From Poseidonia sp. (GTDB lineage Archaea > Thermoplasmatota > Poseidoniia > Poseidoniales > Poseidoniaceae), in contig JAYPCE010000005.1 of NCBI GenBank assembly GCA_038124565.1, positions 1 through 59,466 of the forward strand: a stretch of DNA of 59,466 bases. Reading direction: 5' to 3'. The notes beneath the pieces were generated by a model, which was not told the origin of the DNA, did no database searches, and saw nothing but the letters and a program-made list of their open reading frames with translations. The stretch's first letter is position 1; every line of letters starts with the position of its first letter. The translations under genes and the position numbers were made by a program. Of the stretch, positions 55,630 through 59,466 are shown piece by piece.

Positions 55630-57348
55630 TCACTTGTGATTGATGCCCACCCAGGTATCGATGGCGCGGCTGAAATGCTCCCATCCGTTTGAGTAGTACA
55701 ATCCCAAGAGGTCGAAGACATCGTCGTAATGGGTCAAGTCCCGGTCCGCCATGCGCTGAATCGCATCAGCACGTCGCAGCATTTCATCGTAGATATCGCG
55801 CTTGTTGGCGAAACCAGCCATGGCGGCGATTTTGTTCTCCAGCAAATGGGATTGGAACATACCACGGAAGTAGTGCTTGTCTTTGACAGGGTCCCACTCA
55901 AACATGCCACGGGTCAAGACACCGTCACTGTGTTTGTTGTACCCGATGACTTCGTCAATCCCTGTAATACGACGGGCGATACCACCGCCGGGAGCCTCAA
56001 CAACTTCTTGGAAAATCGCGAAGTTCAAGTTGTCAAAGAAACGAATTGGAACATTGATGGGGTCGCCCGTGAAACGTTGAATCATCTTCACAATGGACGA
56101 GGCGTGGAAGGTCGCAATCACAGGGTGACCCGTTTGCATGGCTTGGAACGCCGTAGCCCCTTCTACACCACGGATTTCACCGATGATGATGTAGCGAGGA
56201 CGGCTTCGCAGGGCGGCTTTGAGCAGGTCAAACATCTCGACCCGGGATTCTTCGTTTTTCGCATCACGGGTCACCAAACGCTGCCAGATTTTGTGCCGCA
56301 CCTTGACTTCAGGCGTATCCTCGGCTGAGTAAATCTTGACGTTATGGTCAATAAACGGCAGAATGGCGTTCAGGGTCGTGGTCTTTCCAGAAGCCGTTTC
56401 TCCCGACACCAAGACGGACATACCGTATTCCAAACAAATCCAAATGTAGGCGGCTTGTTGTGCAGACATCGTACCCCACTTGATGAGTTGAATCACCGAA
56501 ATGGTCTCTTCAGCAAACTTACGAATGGTGAACGATGGTCCGAGCATGGACACGTCGTCAGAGAAAATGATGTTGATACGTGAGCCATCCAACAAGACGC
56601 CGTCAATGATGGGTTTGTTGTCTGAAACAGGACGGCCGATACGTTCAGACATGGCTCTCAAATACCGCGAGAGCAGTTCCCGTTCTCGGAATCGGATATT
56701 GGAGGTCACCATACCGAACACCTTGTGGTCCATGTGAATGTGTTTGAGCCCCACCGAGTGAATGTCCTCAAGCATCTCGTCAGAAAGCAACGGCTCAAGA
56801 GGACCGTTTCGGATGAGGTCGCGAATAACCACATAGGTCAAGCGCTGGCGTTGCGCTTGGGTTACAGTAAGTCGTTTGTCATCCATCCCAACCAGTTCCC
56901 ACAACCTTCCTTGCCGGCGCACAAGGTTGTTGGCTTCGGTATCAAGAATCGTGTAGCGGTCAATCATTTGTTCGAGGATGTTTTCAAACTCGTTATCTGT
57001 GGTAAACGAAGGCGCGCTGGGTGCTTCCTGAAGCAAGGTTTCAATCAACTCACGGCGGATGTTTTCTTCCTCTTCCGTAAGTTGAGGCTCCAATCCAAAC
57101 CACAGGATGGTTCCGCCACCTTCGTCGTCCGCAGGGGGTTCGTAAATATGGACAAAGATGGGTTCTCGGGTCACATAGATGAGGTTGAGAGGACGTTGTT
57201 TCTTCGCATCTCGGTCGAGTTCACCGTAATACATTGGCCGGGTGCCATAGCGCATTTCGAAGTCTCTGACCCACTCGGCCACGTGCGGATATGCCGTCAT
57301 GACGCCGTTGAGGTCGCCCTTTGCAAACCGTGGCTCGTCGCTCATCAT
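55630..57348 (-). CDS. arlI: Archaellum motor ATPase ArlI (FlaI)
   Basis: GSRINI, FTIRKF, GETASGKTT, AEDTPE, ALRSRPRYIIIGEIRG, AMQTGH..TFHA. Confidence 0.93.
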   Translation of the reverse strand: MMSDEPRFAKGDLNGVMTAYPHVAEWVRDFEMRYGTRPMYYGELDRDAKKQRPLNLIYVTREPIFVHIYEPPADDEGGGTILWFGLEPQLTEEEENIRRELIETLLQEAPSAPSFTTDNEFENILEQMIDRYTILDTEANNLVRRQGRLWELVGMDDKRLTVTQAQRQRLTYVVIRDLIRNGPLEPLLSDEMLEDIHSVGLKHIHMDHKVFGMVTSNIRFRERELLSRYLRAMSERIGRPVSDNKPIIDGVLLDGSRINIIFSDDVSMLGPSFTIRKFAEETISVIQLIKWGTMSAQQAAYIWICLEYGMSVLVSGETASGKTTTLNAILPFIDHNVKIYSAEDTPEVKVRHKIWQRLVTRDAKNEESRVEMFDLLKAALRSRPRYIIIGEIRGVEGATAFQAMQTGHPVIATFHASSIVKMIQRFTGDPINVPIRFFDNLNFAIFQEVVEAPGGGIARRITGIDEVIGYNKHSDGVLTRGMFEWDPVKDKHYFRGMFQSHLLENKIAAMAGFANKRDIYDEMLRRADAIQRMADRDLTHYDDVFDLLGLYYSNGWEHFSRAIDTWVGINHK

Positions 57349-57358
57349 CGCTCCCTCC

Positions 57359-58093
57359 TCAGCTCACCGCCGTGATGTCAACGATGAAGCCCATGCCGGG
57401 CTCAACACGCCATCCAATGGATGTTTGAAGCGGACCTGCAGCACGCAAGAATCTTGTCACGACGATGTTCCGTTTGATGTCGCCACCGATCATCGCGTTT
57501 TCCAAATCCAACACGACCTCAGCGGACACCCTTAACGAATGCAACAGAGAAGCATCCATTTCTTCGGGGTCTGCACACAACATGAACGAGCGCCCATCGG
57601 AAGCCAATTTACGGAATTGCTGAATCAAAGCGACCTGGTCGGCTTTGCCGACGGATTCGGGCATCAATGAACTCGCGGAATCCAACACGATGACATCGGC
57701 TGCGGGAATCGCGGGGCTACTGAGTACTTCTTGGAGGCTGACATCGGTGCGTGAATCAGCCACAGTTCCGTAGCGACTCATGACCATCACGCGCCCTTCC
57801 CGTATGTGTTCGGTCATGCCGTAGCCAATGCTCTCCATCTGTTCTATCCAACCGCGTGTGGTCAATTCCGTTGTAATGACGAGAACTTTGACGCCATTGG
57901 CGGCCATGCCGTGAATCAGGCGTTGAGCAATCAGCGATTTCCCCGCTCCAACCTTACCTTGAAGCAAATACAGCGAGCGGTTTGGCAGTCGGAGGCCCAT
58001 CGCATCGGCCAGAGAATCCGTTTCTACCTCAAATGGAAACCCATCCTCAACCGGCTTGTGGGCCGTCATGAAGGGATGGTCATCAAACGACAT
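57359..58093 (-). CDS. arlH: Archaellum KaiC-like ATPase ArlH (FlaH)
   Basis: GKVGAGKS Walker A, TTELTT..WIEQMESIGY, VLDS, RVEPGMGF.VDI C-terminus. Confidence 0.9.
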   Translation of the reverse strand: MSFDDHPFMTAHKPVEDGFPFEVETDSLADAMGLRLPNRSLYLLQGKVGAGKSLIAQRLIHGMAANGVKVLVITTELTTRGWIEQMESIGYGMTEHIREGRVMVMSRYGTVADSRTDVSLQEVLSSPAIPAADVIVLDSASSLMPESVGKADQVALIQQFRKLASDGRSFMLCADPEEMDASLLHSLRVSAEVVLDLENAMIGGDIKRNIVVTRFLRAAGPLQTSIGWRVEPGMGFIVDITAVS

Positions 58094-58571
58094 GAAGCCT
58101 CACCTCTCCGCTTGTGGTTGCCGAATACGAAGCACCGCTTACTGACTCTGAGACGCCGACAAAGAACACGCGCACATCGTCGCCGTCCGCGAAGGTCCAA
58201 TTCGTGTTGGTCAATTCAACCTCCAACAGGCGTCCGGGCTCCCAATCCGTACCACTCGGAAGAACGGTTTCGGTGGTTGATGTCGGCGCTGCCCCATTGA
58301 TGAGCACTTCATAGTCAGTTGTCTCCAAGGCAATGTTCCCCGAATTCACAAAGAACAACGTGATGGTCTTGGTTGTGGTGTTGTATGCTACCATCGCAGG
58401 GTCACCTGCGAGGGCGACATCAACATCTCCTTGGGCGATGGTCGCACGGTCTTGAGATTGAACAACACCAAGAGCATCACTCCATTGTGAGAGAAGCAAT
58501 GCACTGGCACCTCCAGAAATCAACAAGGCTGTAATCAGCATAATCATCGAGGAAGCGCCGCCGTCTGCCAT
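58083..58571 (-). CDS. arlG: Archaellum stator protein ArlG (FlaG)
   Basis: N-terminal TM ASSMIMLITALLIS, DP, F.NSG, W.PG archaellin-like fold motifs; directly upstream of arlH. Confidence 0.8.
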   Translation of the reverse strand: MADGGASSMIMLITALLISGGASALLLSQWSDALGVVQSQDRATIAQGDVDVALAGDPAMVAYNTTTKTITLFFVNSGNIALETTDYEVLINGAAPTSTTETVLPSGTDWEPGRLLEVELTNTNWTFADGDDVRVFFVGVSESVSGASYSATTSGEVRLHVV

Positions 58572-58575
58572 GAAT

Positions 58576-59223
58576 TCACCCCATCAAATGTCCTACCGTC
58601 GTGGAGCCGACTGTCAATGCCAAGCGTTCAGACGCCGTATGGCCCGTGTTGAACCATCTGAAGTCAATCGTCTCGCCTGAAAACCAATTCTCTGAGTTGA
58701 TGTTGGACGAATAGACGCTGGCGAACTTCGTTGCATTTTGTCCGTCAAGGAACAACCACATGTCGTCGTGATGAATCGTTGTGGAGCCAGTGTTGGTGAA
58801 GTTAGCATACACCACTTGCCCAAGCGTCGCACTGAACGTTGCTTGGGAAGTCGGTGAACCTCCGCCGTTCACCACCAAGGTGGGGGGCGATGAATAATTT
58901 CCGTGGCTGGTGATGACCACGGAGATGATGGCCCCTGTTCCGTTGATGGTGTAGGTGGCTGCAAAGCCTCCGTTGCCGGTGGATGCTTGAATGGTTCCTC
59001 CGCTGCTGTAGCCTGCACCACCTGAAGTGATGGCAACGGCAACAACGGCGCCTTCCCAAAGTTCTGCGTTGTCGATGCTAAAGGATGGCGTGGGTTGGTC
59101 TGCGTCTTCAATCCGGTCCAAACCGGATTCAATTTGCAACGCAATGGCCTGATAGGCCATGGAGAAGACCACCAGCATCGAAACACCGATGATCAATCCA
59201 CCCACACCAACTGAAGCACCCAT
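58576..59223 (-). CDS. arlF: Archaellum stator protein ArlF (FlaF) with an inserted Gly/Thr-rich module
   Basis: MGASV..LIIG N-terminal TM, NTGSTTI, LFLDG, W.SGET; located between arlD/E-like and arlG. Confidence 0.78.
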   Translation of the reverse strand: MGASVGVGGLIIGVSMLVVFSMAYQAIALQIESGLDRIEDADQPTPSFSIDNAELWEGAVVAVAITSGGAGYSSGGTIQASTGNGGFAATYTINGTGAIISVVITSHGNYSSPPTLVVNGGGSPTSQATFSATLGQVVYANFTNTGSTTIHHDDMWLFLDGQNATKFASVYSSNINSENWFSGETIDFRWFNTGHTASERLALTVGSTTVGHLMG

Positions 59224-59224
59224 C

Positions 59225-59466
59225 TCACTCTTCACCCCGTAGCGCATGGAGTTGACGCCAAGCCGACACAAGGGCTGAGAACACCAACAACTGCCGATGA
59301 GGCAAGTGGTCCTCTAACGCCGTTTCAGGGTCACCGGGTTCAGCGAGTTGAACGATGGCGAGAACAGCATGTCCTTCATCTCCGGTCAACATCCCAGATT
59401 CGATGGCCTTTTGCGTGAAACTCACAGCGGCCATGCCGGACATGTGGTCAAGCAAAAGAGCCGCAA
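59225..59466 (-). CDS. Partial gene (C-terminus only), probably ArlC/D/E-like archaellum accessory protein
   Basis: Frame is open to the window edge; position directly upstream of arlF; helical C-terminus loosely resembles the ArlD/E domain. Confidence 0.5.
   Translation of the reverse strand, partial: AALLLDHMSGMAAVSFTQKAIESGMLTGDEGHAVLAIVQLAEPGDPETALEDHLPHRQLLVFSALVSAWRQLHALRGEE

Noticed and set aside
1-59466. CRISPR arrays, transposases, prophage genes, rRNA
   Set aside because: No regularly spaced repeats, mobile-element motifs or rRNA-like sequence were seen; the window is almost fully accounted for by the CDSs listed.

Overview
Archaeal chromosome segment, most consistent with Marine Group II Euryarchaeota (Ca. 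Poseidoniales). This is inferred from PolD DP1, a euryarchaeal arlF-G-H-I-J order, a Na+-PPase, huge acidic secreted proteins and mostly leaderless genes. From left to right: partial tRNA-Val, pncC/cinA and PolD small subunit. Then a compact alpha-glucan utilisation locus (2.5-17.4 kb) with a membrane-anchored GH57 amylopullulanase whose signal peptide is broken by an in-frame TAA, GH77 MalQ, a glucan phosphorylase, an anchored GH13 amylase, and an ABC importer whose binding protein is fused to MalF. Then a HAD phosphatase, a 4609-aa giant surface protein, a 1056-aa surface protein and a giant FtsX/MacB-type ABC exporter. Housekeeping and redox genes follow (SAMP/MoaD, tatA, nob1, tRNA-Glu, Prx, pirin, Grx, hppA, polX, nth), and the window ends in the 3' part of an archaellum operon. 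The most striking observation is the 4609-aa protein. It ends in a sortase-like anchor (VPSF-TM-RR) followed in frame by a complete archaeal type IV pilin with an internal class III signal peptide. It also carries a DOMON/CBM9-like domain visibly homologous to the N-terminal domain of the neighbouring amylopullulanase. Together these suggest an adhesin-pilin polyprotein coupled to an archaeal polysaccharide utilisation locus. All calls come from motif reading by eye; no database searches were run, so novelty is unverified.
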